Part shown: positions 46,091-56,600 of the stretch, one piece after another
How the letters are laid out: every line of letters starts with the position of its first letter
Position numbering within the stretch: the stretch's first letter is position 1
Virus record (IMG/VR): IMGVR_UViG_3300042197_004918
Span: 32,001 to 96,000 of that record
Source of the DNA: a virus
Direction: 5' to 3' (one strand)
DNA length: 64,000 nucleotides
Notes under the pieces: model-generated
Told to the model about the DNA's origin: nothing
What the model saw: the letters and a program-made list of their open reading frames with translations, nothing else
Databases searched by the model: none
Program-made: the position numbers and the translations under genes

Positions 46091-47728
46091 ATGGTTTCTC
46101 TTGATGTAAAGTGGTCCGAACCATACCAGTTCAAGACTGAATATGGTGATTGGTGGAAACGTGAGTGGCTTATCCCCGCCCAACATAGGTCGGAGTTTTT
46201 CATTTATTGGAGAGGTAATTCTTTTAAGTTGAAAGACCGTGGATACGGTGTCTTGAAGAAAAATGAAGACTGGTATCTCACCGAGTCTAAGCCCGAAAAA
46301 CACCTTTTTAAAGAATTTTCCCACCTCGCTCCAAAAGAAGTCGAAAAGAATGATTTCTTCCTCGCTCCAAAAGAAGTCAAAGATGTGAGCGGATTACGTC
46401 CTTGGCAGGTTTCCGCTGTTGGAAAAATATGTGCAGCAATAGAAAAATGGGGATGTGCAATAGATGGGTCGGATGTCGGCATAGGTAAGACCTACACGGC
46501 TTGTGGAGTTGCACGAGAGCTTGAAATGGATATTCTTGTCGTTTGTCCGAAGGCGGTCAAGGAGTCGTGGAGAAGGGTAATCAAGAACCATTTTAAAATG
46601 GCCGGGCGACTTGTAGGAATAACAAACTACGAACAGGTCAGGATAGGAAAAGAAGGCTCTGATATAGCTTCTTATGTAAGAAACAAGAAAACCCATGTAA
46701 AAGAGTTTATTTGGAAGATTCCCAAAGAAACACTGATTATATGGGACGAGAGCCAGAAATTAAAGGGAGCCAAAACACAAAACAGCGAAGTCTGTCTCCA
46801 TGCCCTAAAACAGGGGTATAAGATGTTGTTCTGTAGTGCCACGAACGCAACTAATCCTTTAGAATTAAGAACCGTGGGAATGTCCTTGAAATTGTTTGAA
46901 AACAATAAGCAGTATTATGCTTGGTTGTATCGTCACGGTTGTTCAAAGGGAAGATTTGGGTTGGAATTCAACAACAACAAAGAAGTGTTGACCAAATTGA
47001 ACAGAGATATTTTTGTGGACCGGGGAATCCGATTGACAAGAGATACTATTCCAAATTTCCCAGAGAGCCAGATAATAGCCGAGTGCTATGACATGGAAGA
47101 AGAAAGTCGTAATAAAATCGACGCGTTGTATGCTGAAATGAAGGCTGAATTGAATCGGCTTAACAAAAAGGAGAAACGTGGAAAGAAGGATAGCACCTCC
47201 CAACTTACCGCTATCTTGAGGGCTAGACAGAAAATAGAATTGGTAAAGGTGCCATTGTTCATAGACATGATAGAAGAGGGAATTGAAAATGGCATGAGTG
47301 TTGTGGTTTTCGTGAATTTCACCGAGACTTTGGAGACTATCGCGAAACGTTTAAACACTAAATGTATCGTAAATGGTAAAGTTAAAGACGACGACCGGCA
47401 GAGGAATATAGACGACTTCCAAGCAGATAAGGCCCGTGTCATCCTCGTAAACATAGCTGCCGGTGGAGCAGGACTGAGTTTACACGACCTCAATGGAAAA
47501 TATCCGAGATTATCTCTCATATCACCGTCATACTCAGCGGTTCAAATGAGGCAGGCCACCGGACGTGTTTGGAGAGATAGTGCAAAGAGTAAGAGTATTC
47601 AGAAGATTGTATTCGTGGCAAACACTGTGGAAGTCGATGTGTGTGAAGCTGTGAATAGGAAACTTGATAATTTAGACTTGTTGAATGACGGCGATATGGA
47701 AAACTATGGAAAAGCTGATAATAGTTAA
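46091..47728 (+). CDS. superfamily 2 (SNF2-like) helicase
   Basis: LRPWQ, DVGIGKT, WDESQ, SAT, AGGAGLSL, QATGRVWR. Confidence 0.88.
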   Translation: MVSLDVKWSEPYQFKTEYGDWWKREWLIPAQHRSEFFIYWRGNSFKLKDRGYGVLKKNEDWYLTESKPEKHLFKEFSHLAPKEVEKNDFFLAPKEVKDVSGLRPWQVSAVGKICAAIEKWGCAIDGSDVGIGKTYTACGVARELEMDILVVCPKAVKESWRRVIKNHFKMAGRLVGITNYEQVRIGKEGSDIASYVRNKKTHVKEFIWKIPKETLIIWDESQKLKGAKTQNSEVCLHALKQGYKMLFCSATNATNPLELRTVGMSLKLFENNKQYYAWLYRHGCSKGRFGLEFNNNKEVLTKLNRDIFVDRGIRLTRDTIPNFPESQIIAECYDMEEESRNKIDALYAEMKAELNRLNKKEKRGKKDSTSQLTAILRARQKIELVKVPLFIDMIEEGIENGMSVVVFVNFTETLETIAKRLNTKCIVNGKVKDDDRQRNIDDFQADKARVILVNIAAGGAGLSLHDLNGKYPRLSLISPSYSAVQMRQATGRVWRDSAKSKSIQKIVFVANTVEVDVCEAVNRKLDNLDLLNDGDMENYGKADNS

Positions 47729-48008
47729 ATGTGCTGGATGGGAAATGGATGTATCCGTCAACGCTGAGGATTTTGATGACATTTACATCGAGGCGTGCAC
47801 CAGGGCTTTGGAGAAGAACATCAAGTCGTCAAAAATGATTGTGGCCCCATTCATGGAGGCGAGATTGAAGAAATCAAAGACGGTCTACATATTCAACAGT
47901 TATAAGATATTAGCAAATGCAGGGTTTCACACGTTCGCAGAAAATCTCCGAACTAATGTTCGTAGAGAAATGAAAGTGGATTTAAGAAACGAACCGATGA
48001 AAGGCTAA
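47706..48008 (+). CDS. hypothetical protein
   Basis: ORF in operon. Confidence 0.6.
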   Translation: MEKLIIVKCAGWEMDVSVNAEDFDDIYIEACTRALEKNIKSSKMIVAPFMEARLKKSKTVYIFNSYKILANAGFHTFAENLRTNVRREMKVDLRNEPMKG

Positions 48009-48719
48009 ATGCAACCAGAAAATCAAGATGCGGTGTTGAAATCGGTCATGGAACAGTTGTCAAAACTGTCCAATGAGGTTGCTGAATTGAAACGTGATAT
48101 ACCCACACAGGAAGAAGTCGTAAAGGAGATTTCCATAACAAAGAACGCTGGCTTCACCATAAAGCCTTTTAAATCAAAAAGAAAACGCGGATTGGGTGCC
48201 ATTCCACTGTTAGAATCCGAGATTAGAGAGGCCCAGGCAAAAGCAAAGAGTGCTTCCCAAGCTTCAAAGTTTTTAAACGTTTCATACATCACCTATAAGA
48301 AGTATGCAAAACTTTACAATCTCCACACCACATTCTCAAATCGGTGTGGAAAGGGGATTCCTAAGCCAAAGGACCCAAATCAAGGAAAGTATCCTCTCAA
48401 TGACATCTTGGCGGGAAAGTTCCCGGAGTATCCGCTGTGGAAGCTCAAAGACAGATTGATAAGAGCGGGATTAAAAGAGGCCTGTTGTGAACAGTGTGGT
48501 TACAACGAACGTCGGATAACAGACAACAAAATCCCCCTTCTGTTGGTTTTCGAGGATAATAATGAAAAGAATCATGCTATCCAAAATATCCGAGTGTTTT
48601 GTTACAACTGTTCGTTTACCGCAGGTAAGATATGGGTAAAAATAAAGGACAGAAAGCGTTGGATAAACGATCCTGACCGATTACAGGGGTCTTCATACGA
48701 TACTGAACAAAGATATTGA
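48009..48719 (+). CDS. HTH plus degenerate HNH zinc-finger protein
   Basis: HTH-like SASQASKFLNVSYITYKKY; CEQC...CYNC with HNH His positions replaced. Confidence 0.65.
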   Translation: MQPENQDAVLKSVMEQLSKLSNEVAELKRDIPTQEEVVKEISITKNAGFTIKPFKSKRKRGLGAIPLLESEIREAQAKAKSASQASKFLNVSYITYKKYAKLYNLHTTFSNRCGKGIPKPKDPNQGKYPLNDILAGKFPEYPLWKLKDRLIRAGLKEACCEQCGYNERRITDNKIPLLLVFEDNNEKNHAIQNIRVFCYNCSFTAGKIWVKIKDRKRWINDPDRLQGSSYDTEQRY

Positions 48720-48753
48720 TTCTTATTTATTCCACATCCTATTTATAGGGTAA

Positions 48754-49266
48754 ATGGATAAAGGCATCAATCATATCCTAAACGTCGAAGGGATACTAAA
48801 AAACTTCAGTATCGCTAAGAAGATAAGTTCCTCTGAACTGCGAAGCATAAAGGCCCTTGCTTCAAAATCATGCGCCTCCAAGGAAGATTATTTGGAACTC
48901 CTAAAACGAGAAATCATCCGTTATACCGACGATTATGTGAAGAAGAATAAGATACCTGGTCTTATAATAAAGAAGAAGGATGGGTTGAAAAATTTCACGA
49001 TAAAGGATCCCGCCTACATTAAACTTTACAAAGAGGCGGCTATATTAGCCAAGAACCTAACCAAAAATCGAAACATGGAGAAACGTGAACTCATATTTCT
49101 CATCATGTCTCTTGTCGGAGCATTAGGGCTCACTCAAGAAGATTTTAACAAGTTCAACCGTGAGATAAATAGAAACCCAGACTTCGAGGAAAACGAGAAG
49201 TGGGGTGGTTTTGGTGAGTTTGATGTAGGTGACGAAGATGACGACGATGGTGATGAAATTATATGA
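48754..49266 (+). CDS. hypothetical protein with acidic C-terminus
   Basis: Preceded by TATTTAT motif at 48740. Confidence 0.65.
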   Translation: MDKGINHILNVEGILKNFSIAKKISSSELRSIKALASKSCASKEDYLELLKREIIRYTDDYVKKNKIPGLIIKKKDGLKNFTIKDPAYIKLYKEAAILAKNLTKNRNMEKRELIFLIMSLVGALGLTQEDFNKFNREINRNPDFEENEKWGGFGEFDVGDEDDDDGDEII

Positions 49267-50294
49267 ATAAAAAAATAGTTATAACCGGTGTGAGTGGACA
49301 AGTCGGTTCTTATATGTCTGAATATTGTCTTAAATTGGGCCACGACGTTTATGGAATCGTGAGGAGGACATCCACGCCAAATATTATAAACTATAAACAT
49401 CTAATCGGAAATCCTAAATTTAATATAGTCCACGCGGATTTAACGGATGGATCTTCTATAGAGAGCGCCGTCGGAAAAATTAAGCCGGATTATTTTATAA
49501 ACCTAGCAGCACAAAGTTTTGTGGGAGTCAGTTGGTCTATACCAGAAGAAACTTTTAACGTAGATACTTTGGGAGTCATACGGTGTCTGGAATCGGTCAG
49601 AAAATCCGTTCCAAAATGTAGGTTTTATAACGCGGGGAGTTCGGAACAATTTGGTGATGTGGATTACATTCCGCAGGATGAAACTCATCCATTCAAGCCG
49701 AGGAGTCCTTATGGTGCGGCTAAATGTGCAGCTCATCATATCATAAAGGTTTACCGGGAATCTTATGGTATATATGCAGTGCAGGGATTATTATTCAATC
49801 ACGAAAGCGAACGTCGAGGAGAAGAATTCGTTACAAGAAAAATCACAAAGGGGGTCGCGAGAATATTAAAGGAACTCGAATCTGATAAAATAACTGCTAT
49901 TGAACTTGGAAATATAGATTCAAAACGAGATTGGAGTCACGCTGAGGATTTTGTTGACGGTATATGGAAGATGTTAAATCAAGACTCCCCTCGCGATTTC
50001 GTGTTATCAAGCGGAGAAACACATTCTATACGAGAATTTGTCCAATTAGCATTTAAGTTTGCGGGCATAAAAGGTGAGTGGATAAAATCAAACGACAATG
50101 CTGAGAGTGAGGTTTTTGTTTTTGATAATAAAGTGCTGGTAAAAATAAATCCTAAATTTTATCGGCCAGCAGAAGTGGATATTTTATTGGGTTCGAGTGA
50201 ATGCATTCGGAGAGAATTGGGTTGGAAACCATCCGTGAGTTTTGAAGGATTGGTTGAGAGAATGGTCCAAAATGATTTAATTATTGTTGGTTAA
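49263..50294 (+). CDS. gmd: GDP-mannose 4,6-dehydratase
   Basis: ITGVSGQVGSY, NLAAQSFV, PRSPYGAAK, LFNHES.RRG.EFVTRKIT, RDWSHA.D, RPAEVD. Confidence 0.95.
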   Translation: MNKKIVITGVSGQVGSYMSEYCLKLGHDVYGIVRRTSTPNIINYKHLIGNPKFNIVHADLTDGSSIESAVGKIKPDYFINLAAQSFVGVSWSIPEETFNVDTLGVIRCLESVRKSVPKCRFYNAGSSEQFGDVDYIPQDETHPFKPRSPYGAAKCAAHHIIKVYRESYGIYAVQGLLFNHESERRGEEFVTRKITKGVARILKELESDKITAIELGNIDSKRDWSHAEDFVDGIWKMLNQDSPRDFVLSSGETHSIREFVQLAFKFAGIKGEWIKSNDNAESEVFVFDNKVLVKINPKFYRPAEVDILLGSSECIRRELGWKPSVSFEGLVERMVQNDLIIVG

Positions 50295-50324
50295 ACCGTC
50301 TCGTCTTTATATTTATAAAGAGAT

Positions 50325-52154
50325 ATGGCACTAAAAACCAAAATAAGTGAATTTCCGTCGTCTTCTTTTTTGTCGGGAAGCGATTTACTTCCGATAGTCC
50401 ATAATTCCTCCGGCAGTTTAACGAATTATAAGACTAATTTAGACGACATCAAGGGGTGGATGGTAACTACGATTCCGATTGGCGTTCCTACTGATGCTGT
50501 ATACACGGACGGATTTTTCGACACATTCACTTCCACAACCATTCTGGCTGATGCCATAGACGATATAAGTGAGGCATTTTTAGACTTAGCTCCTGTAAAA
50601 GCAGGAGTATTAACTTCTACAAACTTGACCATATCCGGTTTGACACTGTATTCCGGTTACTTGGCATCCGGTCTAAATTCTCATTGGTATAGCGGTTCTT
50701 ATTCAGCAGGAAGTTCAATTTCATCATTTGCAAATCAAACCAATCTAAAACTGTCATCGTCCGGGTCAGCTATATTTAGGTCAGGAAAATACAGCGACTT
50801 CTCAGCTCTGAGCGGAGGCGTCACTGCAAGCTTTGCTACAGGAAGCAATGCTTCTGTTGCAGCATCAAGTGCATCAATACTCCGTTCAACAAGTTCAATA
50901 GTGTCGAGCAGTTTAGCTGTAGGAACGGGGATCCTCCCATCTACCTACATCAATGGAACTTCTCGGTATAACACATTTTGGACACAGACCTCCGCTTCAA
51001 TAAGCCACTCCCTCTCAGTCACGGGTTCATCAACATACAAACTGACGGCGGACAATGGTGCTGGTTCTAGCCTACCGTATACGATATGGTTTGCTACTAA
51101 CTCAACTGATTATCCTGACCAGACCGTGTTTGCCACCGCAAGTATATCGTCCGTGACTTTAAAATATTTGAGCGGAATGGCATATCTATCGGGTTCGTCA
51201 ACGGTGAACGTGATGGTGTCTGCGAGCAATTTACACAATCCTGTCTATAATACCACGCCGATTTCATTTGCTTTTTCAAATCCTACAATCGGTTCTATAT
51301 CAGCTACAGGAAGCGTAACAACGCCAGCTCATGGTGCATCTATAGTTGTGACATCATCCTTTTCTTTGACCACGGGCAATTTGGTGGCATCTACTCCTTG
51401 GACAACAAACCCAACGGTAGTTCTCACCGCCACAAAGCCAGGAAAATCCTCGGCTGGCTCGGAAGCAGTTCCCGTCTATCCTAGACCCGTGAACACATAC
51501 GCAAATCCGGCATCAGGAACAACAAACGGTGCAAACACTATAACGGAGTTGTTCTTGGATGAGTATTACAGATTGGGTAACTTGAAGAGTGGTTCTTTGT
51601 CTACTTACGGTCCCGGATTCTCATCCTCTTTAAATTTACAAACGGTCGTTTCAAGTGCTGACAATGCACATCTTCAAGTTCAAAACGGAAGACTTATCGC
51701 CGGCGGTGCTTCCGGCCAAGGAGACTACAGCGGATTCGCTGCGGGGTCTTCGGGCGGAACATACGCAAATTATTTCAGGAGATTGGATATTATCTCTGAC
51801 AACGTGGAGAGTGGACAGTTAACCATGTCATTTAGCGGATTTACGACAGTCGAAGCGTGGGGAACATCGACAGGCGCTGGACCGGAGGTCGCATTGGTTC
51901 TTTCTTCAAGTATTACAAACAATTTGACAGCGAGCAGTTTATTTGATCTCGGACTTGGAACGGGGCTTTATTCGGGAGATAATGTTACAGGGTCGCAAAA
52001 CTCAGGGCTTTCGTCTCTATCGTCGGGAAGAGTGTATTGGGCTCTACCATTGGGGGTAAATACGGGTCCTGCATCGACGAATCATCTTATTCTATGGATA
52101 CGTTATAAGAACGCGACCACTAATTATATAGACGATCTAACCTTCAAAATTTAA
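50325..52154 (+). CDS. Ser/Thr-rich virion structural (fibre/baseplate-associated) protein
   Basis: KISEFP..L.GSDLLPIV N-terminal fibre-type motif; S/T/G-rich; TATTTAT motif upstream. Confidence 0.65.
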   Translation: MALKTKISEFPSSSFLSGSDLLPIVHNSSGSLTNYKTNLDDIKGWMVTTIPIGVPTDAVYTDGFFDTFTSTTILADAIDDISEAFLDLAPVKAGVLTSTNLTISGLTLYSGYLASGLNSHWYSGSYSAGSSISSFANQTNLKLSSSGSAIFRSGKYSDFSALSGGVTASFATGSNASVAASSASILRSTSSIVSSSLAVGTGILPSTYINGTSRYNTFWTQTSASISHSLSVTGSSTYKLTADNGAGSSLPYTIWFATNSTDYPDQTVFATASISSVTLKYLSGMAYLSGSSTVNVMVSASNLHNPVYNTTPISFAFSNPTIGSISATGSVTTPAHGASIVVTSSFSLTTGNLVASTPWTTNPTVVLTATKPGKSSAGSEAVPVYPRPVNTYANPASGTTNGANTITELFLDEYYRLGNLKSGSLSTYGPGFSSSLNLQTVVSSADNAHLQVQNGRLIAGGASGQGDYSGFAAGSSGGTYANYFRRLDIISDNVESGQLTMSFSGFTTVEAWGTSTGAGPEVALVLSSSITNNLTASSLFDLGLGTGLYSGDNVTGSQNSGLSSLSSGRVYWALPLGVNTGPASTNHLILWIRYKNATTNYIDDLTFKI

Positions 52155-52164
52155 TTTGTAACGT

Positions 52165-53577
52165 ATGTCACTTAACAAAACCGATTTGGCCTTTAAGAAA
52201 CTGATAAACCGTCAGTTTTCTACACCGAACCGAGCATTTTACCAAGAAGTAGGAGCGAACACTTTAGAAGTAGATGCTGGAATGATTTACTCCAGTAATA
52301 TACCAGAATCTCGTGCTGCCGCAATATCTTCCGGCGTAGTTAGATTGATGCAATGTGTTTTGACAAAGGATTACAGTGGAACGGTATCTACTTCTTCATT
52401 TTATGTCATATCTGGAAGCGGATATACAGTTGATTCAAACAACTACAACGCTGACTTCACAACTCGTGGAGCTAACTACTTCAGTGTAAGCAGTTCCCAT
52501 GTTCAGAGAAATTTTTTGAGTGAAAAGTATGGTAGTCAATATGCGGTAGATATAAGAAATAGTGCTGGAACACAGTTGTCGCAGGATTCTTCTATAAACT
52601 GGTATTTCGATTATAAATCCGGCGTTCTTCACGTTGCTGACCCATCTCTAAGCACCGCACCATATTCCATAACAGCGTCACAGTATATCGGAACGTTCTT
52701 ATCCACTACGTTCGCGGGGGCCTCAGTGTCAGCGAGCTATATAACCGCAAGTATTGTATCAGCAAGTGTCATAACTGCTAGCGCAATTCATACGGATAAA
52801 TTTGAACAGGGAAGTGTGGTGAATGCAGTGGGGTCATACTCTCACGCACAAGGAAACGGATCGGTTTCATACGGAAGCATATCTCACGCTGAGGGCGGCG
52901 CCACGGTTTCAAGTGGAAGTGGTGCTCACAGCGAAGGTGCTTACACGGTAGCTTTCGGAGAATATTCTCATGCCGAGGGTTATCTCACTAGAGCCGGAGG
53001 AGACTATTCTCATGCTGGAGGATTGCTTACTACCGCGAGTGCCACCGGACAGACAGTATTTGGAAAATATAACGTAGCCAGTTCTAACACAGACGACGTA
53101 TTCATCGTAGGAACGGGAACGTCTATCTCTGCTAGAAGTAATATGTTCGTGGTAAACACCACAAGCGCCCTTGTTGGCGGCAACATCAGTGCCAGCGGAC
53201 ATCTGATACTAGGTTCTTCTCCGGAACTTCTTACGTATCAAAAATCAAAAATCCGATCTGACGGAGCCTTGGTTGATTTCAAGAATATAGGATATTACAT
53301 AAACGCAGAATCGACCGGTGGATTCCACTCCGCCTTCTACGATTATGTTGTCGCTAAAGATTCCAATATAAGAGCGGGCACGATTCAAGCGGCCTTTGTA
53401 AGCGGAAGTATCGTTTATAACGACGTGGTTACGACTGATATAGGAAATACCAGTGAAATCACTTGCAGCGCAGTATTAGTGACCTCCACCGTCCGTTTTT
53501 ACGCATATGTTTTTACAGGATCTATCGGGTCTTCGCCTACTAATTGGACGGTAAAGGTAATGTCAAGATATGTATGA
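52165..53577 (+). CDS. virion fibre protein with 5 YadA-head-like SHAEG repeats
   Basis: WYFDYKSGVL; five 14-aa H(A/S)xG repeats; GKYN..DDVFIVG.G cap. Confidence 0.7.
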   Translation: MSLNKTDLAFKKLINRQFSTPNRAFYQEVGANTLEVDAGMIYSSNIPESRAAAISSGVVRLMQCVLTKDYSGTVSTSSFYVISGSGYTVDSNNYNADFTTRGANYFSVSSSHVQRNFLSEKYGSQYAVDIRNSAGTQLSQDSSINWYFDYKSGVLHVADPSLSTAPYSITASQYIGTFLSTTFAGASVSASYITASIVSASVITASAIHTDKFEQGSVVNAVGSYSHAQGNGSVSYGSISHAEGGATVSSGSGAHSEGAYTVAFGEYSHAEGYLTRAGGDYSHAGGLLTTASATGQTVFGKYNVASSNTDDVFIVGTGTSISARSNMFVVNTTSALVGGNISASGHLILGSSPELLTYQKSKIRSDGALVDFKNIGYYINAESTGGFHSAFYDYVVAKDSNIRAGTIQAAFVSGSIVYNDVVTTDIGNTSEITCSAVLVTSTVRFYAYVFTGSIGSSPTNWTVKVMSRYV

Positions 53578-53616
53578 TATAGAAGTTTTCCTGGAAATTG
53601 AAGGGAATTACAAATT

Positions 53617-56600
53617 ATGGCAAATGAATTTAAAGTAAAACATGGACTTATAGTCCACGGAAACACCGCCGTCACAGGTTCTCTAACCACCACGGGAGTT
53701 ATATCAGCGATCTCTTTCAGATTATCCGGCTCTAGCGCTGGAACCCCCGAGATGTATGGTGCAGTTGGTGATGGAACCACTGACGATTTCTTAGCATTCA
53801 AACACGCTCTTATAAGCCACAGTGTTGTAGAATTGGGTGCTAAGACATACGCCGTCCGTGGTTACATAGGAATGCCATCACACCGTTCTCTTATAGGAAA
53901 GGGAAAAGATAGAACGGTCATAAAACTGATGAACAATTCTCCGTATGGATACGGGTCTTCTGTTTATGTAATACAAAACACGGTTTTACAAGATACTGTA
54001 AACTGGACAGGTTCAGTAGTAGGAACGACCGATAATACGGGGTCAGTTCTATTGGATTACAGGGATACAACTGTTAGAGATCAATCCCCATCAAGCCCAT
54101 TTTATCAACAGACACAATCTCAACCTTTCGCTGGATTAGGTTACTGGCAATATGACACCAGCATCCAGTCTATTGGTGGACGAAGAGACATTTTAATCGA
54201 AGGATTGACGGTAGACTGTAACTTCGATAGACAGGCAAGACACGCGAGTTATAACCACTCTGATAACCCATATTCAGCGTCAAGGGTGACCGGTGGAACA
54301 TACTACATACCTCAGTATGCAAACCGAGTAAGGTCCACAGTTCACGCTATAGTTCTAAATGGTGAAAACATAATTTTAAAAGATGTAAAGGCTGTAAATT
54401 ATGGTTATGGATGTGATGCTGCGGCAAACGGTCCATTGAATTATGCTGACTCAACCACTATCCCACCATACAACGAGAATTTTCCTCTATTGGTAAATGC
54501 AGATAACTCCGCGTTAAATTATACCTCTTCTGATTACGACATAGGATCGGATTCGGCAGGTCTTTCACGTTGGAGAGGAAATTATGCCATAGGATGTGAA
54601 GTTCTTGCTCCAGGAAGCACGGATTTACTTAACCCATTCTCGAACGCCACTGCAATCTATGTAACAAATCAATCTGTAAATACTTCTACTGGACGAAGCA
54701 GTTTCTCATCCGAAGGTGGAATTTTTGATTCTATAGTTGACCCGGGAGAGAGAATCAAAGCACCATCTGCGAGCCTTTGGAGCGGTTCTTATCTCGACGG
54801 GTTTAAAAGTTCAAGCCTCAAACAGACAGCTGCATCCCTCGCTGAGTGGTTATATACGGCACAGGGATCTCTGACTGGATCGAACAACGACATCGCACTA
54901 AGCTATGGATCTCCTGCTGGAGCGGTAACGGTCCACATGAAGAAGATAAGTGGAAGTTGGTATCCAGTTGGTAACGGATATTCTGTTCAAGAACACTATG
55001 TTCAGGGATTCTCTGGATATAGAATGTCCAGATGTTTGGCTAGAAACCTTGAGATCGGTTTTTATTTGGACAGCTGGAGGAATAATGCTTTCTTGGATAA
55101 CAACCAGATGGTCGATGTTACAAGCGGATTCAGATATGTCGTATCTGATATAGGATTGACTTCGAGTTATAAAAACGTAGTTATAAAAGATAACTACATA
55201 AAACTTTCTGCACACGAAAGGCCCTATGATGCTCAGGGACATGGTGTGATAAACTATGCTGTGGATCTGTCAAATGGTTCCGGTTCAATGTTACGTCACA
55301 TAGATAACTTGGTTATTGAGGATAACGTTTTTGAACTTCCTATTTCCAGTTCAACAAACACGTATGGTTTGGGAAATACGACATTTAGAAACTATCCGAG
55401 ATATGTAGGATTTTATCTTCAACACGATGTAACTCCATCCGGGTCTTTGCCTAGGACCCACCGAGCTGCTTCGATAAAAAACAACAAGTTCTTTAACTGG
55501 AATCCGTTAAAATCCGCGACCACCTCTGCCGGAGAACTTTATGGATACAATCTTCCATTCTATTTTGCATTCACCACCGGAAGCATGGGTATGGACGCGG
55601 CCGATCCAGCAGCAGGACCATATCCTCTATCGGTAGAGAAGTTCAAACGAGAAGTTCTTCCAAACTGGATAATATCGGACAACACGTATTCGGATTCCGA
55701 TTATCCGTCCACGAGTTCTATTGTTCCAATTACAATACAGATAACAGGAACAGGAACAAACTACTTCTATCCGATTGACCAGGTAAACAGATTCGCTGGA
55801 GTCACCGCGAACTCAATCACAAGCACTACTGCTTCGATTAGAGTTCTTAATGCTACCGGAAGTTTACAAGGAAGTTCAAGTTTTGCCACAACCGCAAGTT
55901 ATGTTTTAACATCGAGCCACGCCGTGACATCAAGCTATTCGGTTAATGCTGGAACAGCAGCAACTGTAACCACAAATGCATTGACTGGTTCATCCTTGAT
56001 GTTAACTGACCATTTAAACAATGGAGCTTCAAACGTAATAGCTGCTGGTGCATCGTTCTCCCATGCTGAAGGATTTTATACAAGAGTAGAGGGTTTCGCT
56101 GCCCACGCTGAAGGATTCCAAACTTCAGGAAGCGGTCAGTATTCCCACGCCGAAGGTGGTTACACCCGCGCATCGGCAGATTATTCCCACGCCGAGGGTG
56201 GAACAACTATAGCATCTGCTCAAAGTTCTCACGCCGAGGGTGACACAACTCACGCTGCGGGATTCGGTTCTCACGCAGAAGGTTATATCACTCGTGCTGG
56301 ATCATCCGGAGCTCACTCGGAGGGTTATGCTACATCTGCGAGTGCAACGTATTCTCATGCTGAAGGAAGTTTCACTAGAACTCTTGCTTCATGGGCCCAC
56401 GCGGAGGGGTCATACACAACGGCATCTGGAATAGGAGCTCACGCCGAGGGTTCTTCGTCGTATGCTTCCGGATCATACTCTCACGCTGAGGGTGGTTCCA
56501 CTCGCACCGCAGCGGATTACTCCCACGCGGAGGGTTCTTCCACAAGTGCATCCGCTGAGGCCGCACACGCTGAAGGATTTATGACTAAGGCGACAGGGCT

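Noticed and set aside
46324-46378. 19-bp direct repeat (LAPKEV x2) in the helicase
   Set aside because: Short in-frame duplication in a linker; no sign of an att site or mobile element
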